Virus record (IMG/VR): IMGVR_UViG_3300036770_005682
Location: 73,812-137,811 of that record
Length of the DNA stretch: 64,000 nt
Direction: 5' to 3' (one strand)
DNA from: a virus
Position numbers and translations under genes: made by a program. This document shows, piece by piece, positions 53,272 through 62,717 of this stretch. The stretch's first letter is position 1, and each line of letters begins with the position of its first letter. The notes beneath the pieces are model-generated. The model saw only the letters and a list, made by a program, of their open reading frames with translations, searched no databases and was not told the DNA's origin.

Positions 53272-53870
53272 ATCGGAGAACTCCTGTACCAAGTGACCAT
53301 TGAATATTTAACTCCGGTATGAACCGGGTGAGCTATGTGTATATATGGGAAGTTGGCAGGAAATATGACAGTCGTATTTGGTTCAGCTTCGACAGTGATG
53401 CCAAGACGTGGGAATTCCAACTGGCCTTCCCCTTGTGATGTGTTGCCCAAGAATGAAACGACAGAAAATATACGCGAATTCATGCTGTGATGGTCGTAGT
53501 GGGCGTTGTATCTGCCGCCGCCCTGGTACTTGAGGAGCTCAAATTCCTCGTGTATACAGGGGTCGAGCATGTTTACCTGCTGATAATGTTCAACAGCCAG
53601 AATTACTGGCTCATATACGTGGCGACGGAACATGAAACCCAATGGGCTTGCGTTGTAGTTAGTAAACGGTGGGAACAATGGCACAAGCGAGCAGCGTAGG
53701 GAGCTTCTGTACTCGCTAACTATTCCGTCAGCAATTGTTGAATTTGACCATTGCAAGGAAGACCATTCAGATTTGGTCTCGTTTTCTAACATCTCTACAA
53801 ATGTTGCACCATCTGTGAGGTTTTTGTATCTATGCAGGCCTACGAAAAGCTCTTCGTATTCCATGGTCAC
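53268..53870 (-). CDS. 2OG-Fe(II) oxygenase (prolyl-4-hydroxylase-like)
   Basis: LLKY..G..Y..HYD, G.L.F, IFP.NFPY.H..HPV..G.KY..VTW. Confidence 0.88.
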   Translation of the reverse strand: MTMEYEELFVGLHRYKNLTDGATFVEMLENETKSEWSSLQWSNSTIADGIVSEYRSSLRCSLVPLFPPFTNYNASPLGFMFRRHVYEPVILAVEHYQQVNMLDPCIHEEFELLKYQGGGRYNAHYDHHSMNSRIFSVVSFLGNTSQGEGQLEFPRLGITVEAEPNTTVIFPANFPYIHIAHPVHTGVKYSMVTWYRSSPI

Positions 53871-54097
53871 CCAAGAGCCGCTAGTTTTTCCTCTATTAGG
53901 GCGAGGCTTTCTTTTATTTCTCCAAGACGCTGCTGTTCATAAAAAAGTATTACGTCTGGGGTTGTCCAGGTTGATATATCAAAAGTGTCAGGGTCGATAC
54001 CCAAAACCAGACACGCCCTGTAAACATCTGCCAACAGAGTTGACTTAGTTTGCTCCAGGATTGTTCTCTTTTGTTGCTCGGAAATATTGACAGTCAT
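53867..54097 (-). CDS. small coiled-coil protein
   Basis: AGGAG SD; LG.DP.TFD. Confidence 0.7.
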   Translation of the reverse strand: MTVNISEQQKRTILEQTKSTLLADVYRACLVLGIDPDTFDISTWTTPDVILFYEQQRLGEIKESLALIEEKLAALG

Positions 54098-54105
54098 GTT
54101 GTCTC

Positions 54106-55695
54106 CTATTGATTAAGAATAACATAGGCATAACCAGAGGATGCGCTATACGAGTCTGCATCTGCGGTCAGGCCGGACCTTGTATCGTAATTAATTGACG
54201 CTGGCTCAGATTCCGTAATGACGACTATGCCGCCACCTCCGCCAGCTCCCCCTCGTTTTCCTGTTCCACCCTGAACTGCTGGTGCAGCTGCACCTCCGGC
54301 TCCTCCAGTACCTCCGGTTCCGCCAGGGGCGGTGTGTGAGGGGTTGTGTGTGGAGGGGTTGTGTGTTGTTGGATTGTGGGTTTGCGGGTTGTGTGACCAG
54401 TTCGGGTTTTGGTAATGATGGTCATGGCCAGGGTATATAAAACCTTCGTGGTGTCTGTGCTCTTCGTTGTAATAGAACTCATAGACCCTATGATGCCCGT
54501 GCGGTTCGCCGTGAGAGTGGCCATGATGACCGCTTGAGTGGTAGTCATTGTTCCAGCCATGAACATTCCCATGGGTTCCGTCGTTATGTGGATTATGGTA
54601 ATGACCCGCGTTTACCTGGTATGCACTTGCGCCGGTTATGTGACCGGGATTATGCGCTCCGTGTTTTGAATCATGACTATCACAACAATGGTGCCCTGAG
54701 TTGTGTCCATGCCCTCTGTGCCCATGAAAATTGCTATGTCTATTTTGGTGATGGTGATGGCTTGGATTAAATGTGGACGGATTTACGTTTCCCGGTATTG
54801 CATTACCAGGGTTGACGTTCCCGGGCGCATGGAATGTTGGTGCAGTATTCCCACTAGCTCCGGTAGTACCCGCCGTCCCTGGATTGCCAAAAGAACCAGA
54901 TGAGCCAGAAGAACCAGAGCGACCTAATGAAGCTATTGTTCCGGAGCCGAGAATGTTTTTTGCAATGACTACAACAACACCGCCTCCGTTCCCCGGTGAG
55001 CCACCGGCTCCGCCTGGACCCGGTGTAGCCCCAGTTGCTGTGCCAGAGTTTCCTTGAGCTCCAGAGTTTCCGCGACCACCCGGTGCGCCAGCTGTGTTGG
55101 CATTTGGAGAATATGTTCCTGGATTTCCCGGATTCCCCGTCGCTCCGGCCTTGCCTGGCCAGCTATCACTATCTGTATATGCGGGCGTTGTTGAGCCAGC
55201 TGAGCCGGTTGTACCAGATGCCCCTCCAGAAAATTTTGTAACCGAACCGCCAGGAGTAACCAGCACTCCTCCAGTTGCATTGTCTAACGCGTACAGCATT
55301 CCTGTCGGGATTGGTGTTGAGCCAGACGCAGAACCACCACCACCATCGCCACCGATTCTGTATGTGATAGCCGACGTAGGGTTTGTGCCAGCAACTGTCC
55401 CTGTGCTTACAGAGCCTGGTTCACCAATCGTGCCGTTACTCACGCCAGCAGAATTACCGCTGACTGAGCAGATACCAACAACACCATTTATTATGGCCGT
55501 GTCTTTGACGAATACTCTAAAACCATTCGTAAGAAGAACAGAGCCTAATGGAACTGTCAAATTGTTGACATGCAAGTCAGAGGTAAGTGTTTGGGTTCCT
55601 GAAACAGTTAGGTCTTGAGTACCAATTCCATAAATTTGGTCATTGCCAGCTCTCTGACGCGGTGCTTCTTCTCCATATCTTTGTATTGCAGACAT
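54106..55695 (-). CDS. Gly-rich virion protein with collagen-like segments and a His/Asn-Pro-rich insert
   Basis: L.TNGFRVFV N-domain; GxxGxx runs; GGGGG.V.. motifs; about 130-aa His-rich block with THNP repeats. Confidence 0.8.
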   Translation of the reverse strand: MSAIQRYGEEAPRQRAGNDQIYGIGTQDLTVSGTQTLTSDLHVNNLTVPLGSVLLTNGFRVFVKDTAIINGVVGICSVSGNSAGVSNGTIGEPGSVSTGTVAGTNPTSAITYRIGGDGGGGSASGSTPIPTGMLYALDNATGGVLVTPGGSVTKFSGGASGTTGSAGSTTPAYTDSDSWPGKAGATGNPGNPGTYSPNANTAGAPGGRGNSGAQGNSGTATGATPGPGGAGGSPGNGGGVVVVIAKNILGSGTIASLGRSGSSGSSGSFGNPGTAGTTGASGNTAPTFHAPGNVNPGNAIPGNVNPSTFNPSHHHHQNRHSNFHGHRGHGHNSGHHCCDSHDSKHGAHNPGHITGASAYQVNAGHYHNPHNDGTHGNVHGWNNDYHSSGHHGHSHGEPHGHHRVYEFYYNEEHRHHEGFIYPGHDHHYQNPNWSHNPQTHNPTTHNPSTHNPSHTAPGGTGGTGGAGGAAAPAVQGGTGKRGGAGGGGGIVVITESEPASINYDTRSGLTADADSYSASSGYAYVILNQ

Positions 55696-55696
55696 G

Positions 55697-56404
55697 TCAC
55701 ACCAACTGCATGTAATTCAAGGTTCCGGGATTTTGGCCAGTCACGTCAGTCTGAATATTTGCCGGCAATGCTGAATGGGTTGAAACTATAAGAATAACCC
55801 CACCGCCAGCAGGAGAAGTTGCTGCTGCTTTAATCGAAGCAGTTCCACCATCGGGTCCAGAAAGATACCTAGCCGCAATAATGACAACACCTCCGCCAGG
55901 TTGGCCTAGACCTCCAGCACCACCCCTAAGCATGAAAGGTCCACCAGAAGCCGTAATTGAATATCCTTTAACCGCCTGGTGGGGTATTTTGTAATAATCA
56001 GAGCCACCCTCGATATCAAGCGGAGCTGTCGCGGTAAGGGTCGCAGAAGAACCGCCAAGACTGTGGAGAACAGCAGTTGCGATTTCACCACCTTGCATTA
56101 TCGAGCCGGAAGTTGAATATCCTGAAGAAAACCCAATGATGGAGTTGTCCCCCATTTGAAGGATATGTTTCACAAATATTCTGTAGCCGTTTGGCTGTAG
56201 GTGCACGTCATCGGCAATGGTCAGGTTTTGGCAAAAAATATCTCTTGTTAAAGAATATTTACCGAGTACCGGAATCATTCCCAAAACGGTTGAAGAGCCA
56301 TCTAGAGAAACATTGCCATCTAGGCCTGTTCCGTATATTGGGTCAGCAGCATCGATAAATGCATCCATGGGGTCTGGAGCCCCATAGCGGACTATGCCAG
56401 CCAT
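55697..56404 (-). CDS. Gly-rich virion protein, paralog of 54106..55695 without the insert
   Basis: IYG.G.DG, L.PNGYRIFVK, GGGVVII. Confidence 0.75.
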   Translation of the reverse strand: MAGIVRYGAPDPMDAFIDAADPIYGTGLDGNVSLDGSSTVLGMIPVLGKYSLTRDIFCQNLTIADDVHLQPNGYRIFVKHILQMGDNSIIGFSSGYSTSGSIMQGGEIATAVLHSLGGSSATLTATAPLDIEGGSDYYKIPHQAVKGYSITASGGPFMLRGGAGGLGQPGGGVVIIAARYLSGPDGGTASIKAAATSPAGGGVILIVSTHSALPANIQTDVTGQNPGTLNYMQLV

Positions 56405-56763
56405 TACGTCTCCTCGATGCCATTTACCGTTATGTTGACAGACGTAGCCGAGCTGCAAAAAGCGGTTAATTGGTCACTGTTGGTTGCACTTGCAGCACTA
56501 CCGTTATTATTCATCACAATTGAGCAATTGAAAGCCATGGTCTCATTGGCAGCCAAGCTCATTCCACTGATGATGTCATGGGATGTTGCTTCACTGTCAC
56601 CTAGTGGCTTGATTCTCACGGTTACTGTCTTTGCGCTCGCAGTGGTATTGGTTAGGACAATCTGCTTAACGATTGTTGTGGTGTTCACCGGCACCGTGTA
56701 GTAGACAGCCGTAGAAGCAGTTAGCTGCGATGGGCCTGCGAGTCGTTTTTGTGTAATGGCCAT
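56404..56763 (-). CDS. small beta-sandwich virion protein
   Basis: YTVP..TT.IVKQI.L.N pattern; paralog of 60972..61304. Confidence 0.75.
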   Translation of the reverse strand: MAITQKRLAGPSQLTASTAVYYTVPVNTTTIVKQIVLTNTTASAKTVTVRIKPLGDSEATSHDIISGMSLAANETMAFNCSIVMNNNGSAASATNSDQLTAFCSSATSVNITVNGIEET

Positions 56764-58106
56764 TAGAAAACCTCCATGAAGAATCGTATGTCAATATCTC
56801 TGACACTGCCATAAATTACACCCTGAACCGTAATGTCATTGGTAAATGTATGACTTGCGCTAATTGTCCTGGCCTCGGAGACATGGACATACTGTGAGTG
56901 GTCGTCATCTGCTAGGCCGGTCATTGAACCATGGTCTGACACCGGTGTAGTCGGAATTGAGTCGCCGGCAGACGTAACGCGTCTCAGGTCGTATACTCCG
57001 CGAAATGCTGCTTTTACAGAGTTTGTATAACCGGAGTTGTACTGGTAAATAACCTTATGCAGTGGCCTAAATTCAAAAACTGGGAAACCATCAAGATTCA
57101 AGTCTTCCCATGTGGCGGCTTCTGCTTCGCCTGTGTTGTTGTATGAGTATTGGCCCAGGACAGCAATTACTGGCTCATTAAGGTTGTTTGTCGCAATTAT
57201 CCACGAGATTCCAAACTTGTTGTCAGCTAATGCTGTTGTGGACCATGAACCGCTATAAGAGTTATATACCGGGATACTAGAGCCGTTGACTTTTAACGGA
57301 AATTCCGTTGCTGAGTCTTTAACCCACGCGGAACCAGAGTGATAGAAAACAGGTATCTCGGCATTCCCCTGAAGAACCTGTTCCCATGTGTTTGACGTTG
57401 GGGTCGCATCATGGACGATGTCTACCTGAAGGTCTTCGTCAAAGAAGGTTCCATCAGCAATGTCAAGTTTTGCATGCGCATCAGACGTACCGTCTCCGGT
57501 AGTTGAATAGTTTGATGCACCAAAACCGCTAGCGATTACTGCACCGCGCGTCCTATGGAGGTATTCGTGTGTTTGCCAGTCAAGAGTTATTCCATGACGT
57601 TCATCCGCAACGAACTGCGCAGCGCCTGCTGACGAGTTCCAGTATATATATGCTGTCGGCGTATCTTCATCCCACGTAAAATATGTGGTTTTATAAGAAA
57701 GAACACCAGACGAATTGTAGTAAATGTAATAGAGACCAGTCGTATCCGGAATTGTGACTGTCTCAACGTCGTCTTTTACATATCTGACGCCTGCACACCA
57801 AACCGTATGAGATGCTGCTTCAGGTTGGATTGAGAAAATTCGTGTGCTGTTATTAAATGATATAGAGCTGTCTGCTCGGTTTTCGTGGCCTATCGGCTCA
57901 GATGTCGGCTGAGTGGCGTTGACCCACTCTGAACCGTCGTACTGTAAAAGTTGCCCATTCGCAGGTGACGAAACAGTTACATCGCTGTTGTCCGAAATGG
58001 ATTGAGTAAATACCAAAATCCATTTTTCACCGTCGTAGCGCCATTTGCGACTGCCAACTGTGTGTTCGTCATTTAGTGCTGGTGAGTTAGGGAAATCTAT
58101 AGCCAT
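56763..58106 (-). CDS. tail-fibre-like protein
   Basis: MAIDFP.SP module, DV..SSP.NGQ.L.Y.G..WVN repeat, HG..TGL.DDDH.QY. Confidence 0.75.
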   Translation of the reverse strand: MAIDFPNSPALNDEHTVGSRKWRYDGEKWILVFTQSISDNSDVTVSSPANGQLLQYDGSEWVNATQPTSEPIGHENRADSSISFNNSTRIFSIQPEAASHTVWCAGVRYVKDDVETVTIPDTTGLYYIYYNSSGVLSYKTTYFTWDEDTPTAYIYWNSSAGAAQFVADERHGITLDWQTHEYLHRTRGAVIASGFGASNYSTTGDGTSDAHAKLDIADGTFFDEDLQVDIVHDATPTSNTWEQVLQGNAEIPVFYHSGSAWVKDSATEFPLKVNGSSIPVYNSYSGSWSTTALADNKFGISWIIATNNLNEPVIAVLGQYSYNNTGEAEAATWEDLNLDGFPVFEFRPLHKVIYQYNSGYTNSVKAAFRGVYDLRRVTSAGDSIPTTPVSDHGSMTGLADDDHSQYVHVSEARTISASHTFTNDITVQGVIYGSVRDIDIRFFMEVF

Positions 58107-58111
58107 GGCGT

Positions 58112-58384
58112 TTATCCGAGCTGGGCGATTGCATTGGTTTGCGGTCCGCCCATACCGCTTATTTCCACCCAGTAAGAATCATAGTAAAGAAATGTTCTTC
58201 CAGAGTCTGATTCGAACCATAAGTCGCCAGGTATTGGCGACGCCGGAGGTGTTTCGGATACAGTCATCTGAACAGCAGAACGTGCCTGAATATTCCATAC
58301 AGTGCCGGTCCACACCCATGTAGTGGTACCGACTGTATGGGTGTCGTTAACTGAAGGAGAATCGGGAAAGTTAATAGCCATCAT
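58112..58384 (-). CDS. short tail-fibre-module protein
   Basis: MAINFP.SP and VS...P.SP..GDLW..S modules. Confidence 0.7.
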   Translation of the reverse strand: MMAINFPDSPSVNDTHTVGTTTWVWTGTVWNIQARSAVQMTVSETPPASPIPGDLWFESDSGRTFLYYDSYWVEISGMGGPQTNAIAQLG

Positions 58385-58390
58385 CTACCC

Positions 58391-59020
58391 CTAGTACGGC
58401 CCAACGTCTTCCACAATAAGACGAGCAACTTCCGATGCCCCTCTTGTGCAGAAACCATTACCTGATGTGTTAAGAACGGTGACGAGGGTAACAGAACCAG
58501 CAGCAAATGTAAGCGGTCCAGCTATTATGGTCATAGCAACGCCCTCGCCAGAAACATCTGACCATGCGCGCGATAGTAGTGTTCCAGTTGCGTTTGTTTG
58601 CCTAAGTTCTAGATAGTTGTAACCGTTAGACACAACCTCAGGCTCATACCACGTAATTTTGTAGTACCTATTTGCCACAGCAGTAAAAGTAACAGTAGGC
58701 ATATTTGTTGTTGTGAAATAAGATGTAACAGAACTGCCGGAAGTAAATGTCCCAAATGACACCAATCCCCACGGGAGATTCCATGGCTTTGTAGATATAT
58801 TAATACTTGATGCTTCACCACTGGAAGAGCCACTAGTTGCGTTGAACCAAGTCGAAATATCTTGCTTTTTGCTTAGATAGTCCCAAGCCGAACCATCCCA
58901 TACAAGCAAATAACCTGTATCCGTCTCATAGATAATCTGCCCGGTGTACGGGCTGGTGGGGCGGGTAGTGCTAGTGCACACACCTGGGCGGAGGCCCGTA
59001 GCGTTCGACGAAATGCTCAT
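58391..59020 (-). CDS. tail-fibre-like protein
   Basis: PGVCTS.TRP.SPY.GQ.IYETDT module; C-terminal VEDVG. Confidence 0.75.
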   Translation of the reverse strand: MSISSNATGLRPGVCTSTTRPTSPYTGQIIYETDTGYLLVWDGSAWDYLSKKQDISTWFNATSGSSSGEASSINISTKPWNLPWGLVSFGTFTSGSSVTSYFTTTNMPTVTFTAVANRYYKITWYEPEVVSNGYNYLELRQTNATGTLLSRAWSDVSGEGVAMTIIAGPLTFAAGSVTLVTVLNTSGNGFCTRGASEVARLIVEDVGPY

Positions 59021-59022
59021 AA

Positions 59023-59712
59023 CTAATCCCTGTACCCGTAGACGTTGATGCGGGCTACCATTGTTCCGCCTTGGCTGTTGTGTATTTTGATTCCAGTAAA
59101 AACATCCGCTCCAGTGTGCATGCCGACTATCTGGCCGCCAAGAAATGCTGAACCGGAACTTATACCAGTAAATTGACCACTCACATTTGTTGCAGTAGCT
59201 ACATATGGGTGATAAACGTCAATTGCTCCCGAAAGAGTGTAACTATTGGCTCCTGAGTTTGGAATCCATCCTAGATATATAACAGTAGTGGCTGTCGCTG
59301 TCTGGAATGTCGTGCTAGCTGTAGTAAAATCTTGTCCATAAATTGAACCGTAGTATCCTACCCCGGCAGCAGTACCTGCTGAATTAAGAAACTGCATCCA
59401 CATATTATTGAACTGTTGATTTGCGTATGCTTCAAATACAATCCGATAATTCCTAAACGAACTACTGAATATATTATTGATGTCGTAGTTGGTGCTACCT
59501 GAAAGAACAGAAGTGCTTATGTGCTGTAGTCCTGGAGGGTAAGAAGTTCCAGTTGACAGCAGAACCCACGATGAGCCATTCCATATTTGTGTCTTGTCTG
59601 TGTCGGTCTCATATATGACCTGTCCCTGGTATGGCGACGCAGGCCGAGTTGACGAAGTACACACACCTGGCTGTGATATGCGCGAAGAAGGAACGTAGTT
59701 GCTAATCGGCAA
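59023..59712 (-). CDS. tail-fibre-like protein
   Basis: Same PGVCTS..RP.SPY.GQ.IYETDT module; FS....NY.I; C-terminal VYGY; TTG start inferred. Confidence 0.75.
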   Translation of the reverse strand: MPISNYVPSSRISQPGVCTSSTRPASPYQGQVIYETDTDKTQIWNGSSWVLLSTGTSYPPGLQHISTSVLSGSTNYDINNIFSSSFRNYRIVFEAYANQQFNNMWMQFLNSAGTAAGVGYYGSIYGQDFTTASTTFQTATATTVIYLGWIPNSGANSYTLSGAIDVYHPYVATATNVSGQFTGISSGSAFLGGQIVGMHTGADVFTGIKIHNSQGGTMVARINVYGYRD

Positions 59713-59878
59713 TGGGGGCCTCCCACGGTTCGGGTGTATGGCCCTCGGCAAGCCACGCTAGATACTGCTGGTAACGGATATTTGAATTGTCTGGCGGTAT
59801 TAAAGCATTGTCCTCCAAACACAAAACTCCGTCTTGCATCACGCCGTCAATGTCTAAAAAAGAAAGTGTTTTATACAT
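59702..59878 (-). CDS. tail-fibre assembly chaperone-like protein
   Basis: IP.D..N..YQ.YL.WLAEG..P. Confidence 0.75.
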   Translation of the reverse strand: MYKTLSFLDIDGVMQDGVLCLEDNALIPPDNSNIRYQQYLAWLAEGHTPEPWEAPIAD

Positions 59879-59880
59879 AA

Positions 59881-60972
59881 TCACAATTCCGCATTTGCTG
59901 CCCAAGTGAACCGACCAAGACCCGCATCTGTTTGCCCGCCATTGTGGACCAACCCGAACCCGCCATTGGTGTAAACCTCAAACCCAAGAACCGTTGCAGT
60001 ATATTGGGTTGCACTTTTCCAGTATGTTATTTGATTTGCTGTGCCTGTTGCATAATCTTTTACAGTCACGCCATTTGCGCTCGTATTAGTGCTGAACCCT
60101 AAGGAAATACGTTTTTGGACCATATATGGGGTCCAACTCCAGTATGTGTTACCGCCAAAACCTGTTGACCCACCAACAACTTGCGTGTTGCCATTTGACA
60201 CCTCGTAGTACCGCTGGCAGAGTTGCAGTTCGACACCGATAGGGCGCTGCTCAAACGGGGTCGGCTGATAGTTCTGCTCAAGTTGCACACCCGTAATGTC
60301 CCATGTCGCTGCGTTTGTGCCAATCAAACGGACACAACCATTAGCCCCAAGTTTGTTCACATTGTTCCAAGCACCAGCAGCCTGCGTTTCACTTGAATTG
60401 CAGCCGAGGTCAAAAAACAAGTACAGCCCAGCACCGTTGGATGTATCCCACCCGCCTGAAGTAACCCCAGGTATCGAGATTGTTTTGTATTCCCACGTAT
60501 TAGCGGCATTGATTGTGTAGGTAAACGAGTAGGTGTACCAGCCGCCAGAGCCAGCGTTGCGAATTGCACCGCCAAACGTGCCAGTAAGGGATGAGCGCAC
60601 CCAGAAAGAAAGAGTCACCGGCTTTGCTCCAGATGTACCCCAGCCGAATTGAGCCATGTTGAAACCCTCAACAATTTGGTTCAGGGTGTAGTAGGCACCA
60701 GATGTGTCCGCTGTGGCAGCGAGCGATGTAATGCGCTGGTAGTACGCAAACCCTGCTGGGGGCGTTGAGGTCAACCTCTGCAAACTGAATTTACTTGCGG
60801 CTGATAGGTACACGCTCCATCTATCCAGCCCATAACTTCCGCTTGCGGTAGGGGTCAGAGAGGAACCGGCGTTGCGTTGGTCGATGGCCATGTTGCCGTT
60901 GATGAGCGTGTTGCGGAACCCCAACCCGGCAGGCAACAACGCCGACGAACCCAACGCAGTAGAAATACCCAT
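59881..60972 (-). CDS. tail-fibre protein with carbohydrate-binding-like domain
   Basis: RN.LING.M.I.QR, DRW, TLSFWV, ITGVQLE....TPFE.RP...EL.LCQRYY. Confidence 0.85.
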   Translation of the reverse strand: MGISTALGSSALLPAGLGFRNTLINGNMAIDQRNAGSSLTPTASGSYGLDRWSVYLSAASKFSLQRLTSTPPAGFAYYQRITSLAATADTSGAYYTLNQIVEGFNMAQFGWGTSGAKPVTLSFWVRSSLTGTFGGAIRNAGSGGWYTYSFTYTINAANTWEYKTISIPGVTSGGWDTSNGAGLYLFFDLGCNSSETQAAGAWNNVNKLGANGCVRLIGTNAATWDITGVQLEQNYQPTPFEQRPIGVELQLCQRYYEVSNGNTQVVGGSTGFGGNTYWSWTPYMVQKRISLGFSTNTSANGVTVKDYATGTANQITYWKSATQYTATVLGFEVYTNGGFGLVHNGGQTDAGLGRFTWAANAEL

Positions 60973-61304
60973 TAGTTCTGACGCTCCCAGCCAATTAGAA
61001 ACACGTTAACCCCAGCCCTATCCGCATAGCCATAAAGTTGGGTAGACGACTCAAGGACCAAGGCTGTATCAAGAACAATTGTGTCGTTTATTGCGATTGG
61101 CAGTGCCGACATAAACCTATTTCCTGCAGTTGCAGCGCTACCAAGCGCCATGTAAATCAATGCCTCTACACCAGATGTATTACAGAAAATAATTTGCTTT
61201 ATAATCCATGTGTAACCAGCCGATGGACTAACAATCCAGCTATCTGACGTACCAAGCCCATACGGGCCATACAGTAATTTTTCAGTTCTGTCTCCGCTTG
61301 CCAT
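60972..61304 (-). CDS. small beta-sandwich virion protein
   Basis: IIKQI...N; paralog of 56404..56763. Confidence 0.7.
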   Translation of the reverse strand: MASGDRTEKLLYGPYGLGTSDSWIVSPSAGYTWIIKQIIFCNTSGVEALIYMALGSAATAGNRFMSALPIAINDTIVLDTALVLESSTQLYGYADRAGVNVFLIGWERQN

Positions 61305-61305
61305 C

Positions 61306-62475
61306 TCAGACTCCTATATCCATCGTGATAATCGCAGCATTCGCCGAATTGGACATTATATTGCCGCCGATTGAAGTGTAGTTCGTCCCATCGTTGGTGA
61401 ACTCCCATCTATCCGTCGTCTCGTTCCAGCGGATAGTTGGCTTGAAGTTGACCAGCCCCCTGTTCACTTCTATTCCAGCATTTACAGACGCACTTATAGC
61501 GCTGCTATTTAGAGTGATTATGTTGTCTTCTACAGAAAGCGTTTCTGTATTTATAGTTGTTGTCGTGCCATTTACGGTGAGATTCCCGCCGACAGTTATG
61601 TCGGACGTTGTCTGTATCGAATAAAACTGGACACTCGCCGATGTATCAACAGATTGACCAATTGAAACCTGGGGACTCGACCCCTCTCCTGGGGTGTGGG
61701 TAACCGTAACTCCTGTTCCCCCTGTAACGTCTGATACGTAGTTTCCAGCAGTATCGGTAGCCAGGTCGATTGCATCATTGACCCATGCAGTGCCGTTCCA
61801 TTTCAGGAACTGCCCAGACGATGCCGACGTGATGGTTACATCGCCGACATCATCAAGATTATTGATTGTTGGGATTGCCGCAGGAACCCAGGCCGCAGAA
61901 GCTGATACATATTTTAGGAACTGGCCGTCAGATGGGGATGATGCAACTACATCGTTTAAACCATCAAGCGTTAATGCTGCAGCGTCGTTAAATAGCGAGC
62001 TTTGCTGTACCCAGTAGCTGTCATAATAAACATAAGTATTGCCATTGGTTGAGTCATACCAAAGGTCGCCCTCTTCTGGGCTTGCCGGAGCCGAGTCCGA
62101 AACCGTAAGCGACGCCCCACCGCCGCCCCCAGTGACCTGGCTCCAGGACCCGTTTGAGCGGAAATAAAATACGTTGTTGGTGGTGTCGATTGCTATTGCA
62201 CCATCAGGAAGGGCAGCAGTTGGAGCGCCGGATGTAGTTAGTGTGACGAGACCACTGGCTGCTTTAAATACATCTGGAGTAAGCAGCAGGTCGTCGGAAT
62301 CTCTATAGAGTTCAACTTGACCAGAGGCGTTAGCGCCGCTTGTCCATGTAATTCGTCCGCCTGCATCTATTCGTATTCTTGGCTGTGCGTCGCTGGCAAC
62401 CCGAGCGGAAACAGCCTCATCAGATGGGGAACTAAATTCAATCCCCCTCAGGGGAGTGCCGACAAATCTTGTCAC
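61306..62475 (-). CDS. tail-fibre-like protein
   Basis: L..L.DV......GQFLK..G.AW repeats; GNLTVNGTTTT.N...L.VEDN.I.LN. Confidence 0.8.
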   Translation of the reverse strand: MTRFVGTPLRGIEFSSPSDEAVSARVASDAQPRIRIDAGGRITWTSGANASGQVELYRDSDDLLLTPDVFKAASGLVTLTTSGAPTAALPDGAIAIDTTNNVFYFRSNGSWSQVTGGGGGASLTVSDSAPASPEEGDLWYDSTNGNTYVYYDSYWVQQSSLFNDAAALTLDGLNDVVASSPSDGQFLKYVSASAAWVPAAIPTINNLDDVGDVTITSASSGQFLKWNGTAWVNDAIDLATDTAGNYVSDVTGGTGVTVTHTPGEGSSPQVSIGQSVDTSASVQFYSIQTTSDITVGGNLTVNGTTTTINTETLSVEDNIITLNSSAISASVNAGIEVNRGLVNFKPTIRWNETTDRWEFTNDGTNYTSIGGNIMSNSANAAIITMDIGV

Positions 62476-62519
62476 GACCTCAATCGCTTTCTGTTTTTAA
62501 GCCCCCTCGAGGGCATTTA

Positions 62520-62708
62520 TTACGCGCCTTTGCCGAACGCTGTGTCGCCAGGGTTCAGATAACGCATGATAACCGGAATAGCGGCAGCCCACAAAGCATT
62601 GAGTGCAAGCTTCCAGTCCTGTGTTGCAACATACGTTGAAACAGCGGCACCTAGGACGCTGCGGCCGTATGAGGCAGCCATCTTTTTTTGTGCATCTGAC
62701 AATTTCAT
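62520..62708 (-). CDS. holin-like small membrane protein
   Basis: SY.RS...AA.........A...A..PV..RYLNP.D.AFG. Confidence 0.7.
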   Translation of the reverse strand: MKLSDAQKKMAASYGRSVLGAAVSTYVATQDWKLALNALWAAAIPVIMRYLNPGDTAFGKGA

Positions 62709-62717
62709 GTGTTTCTC

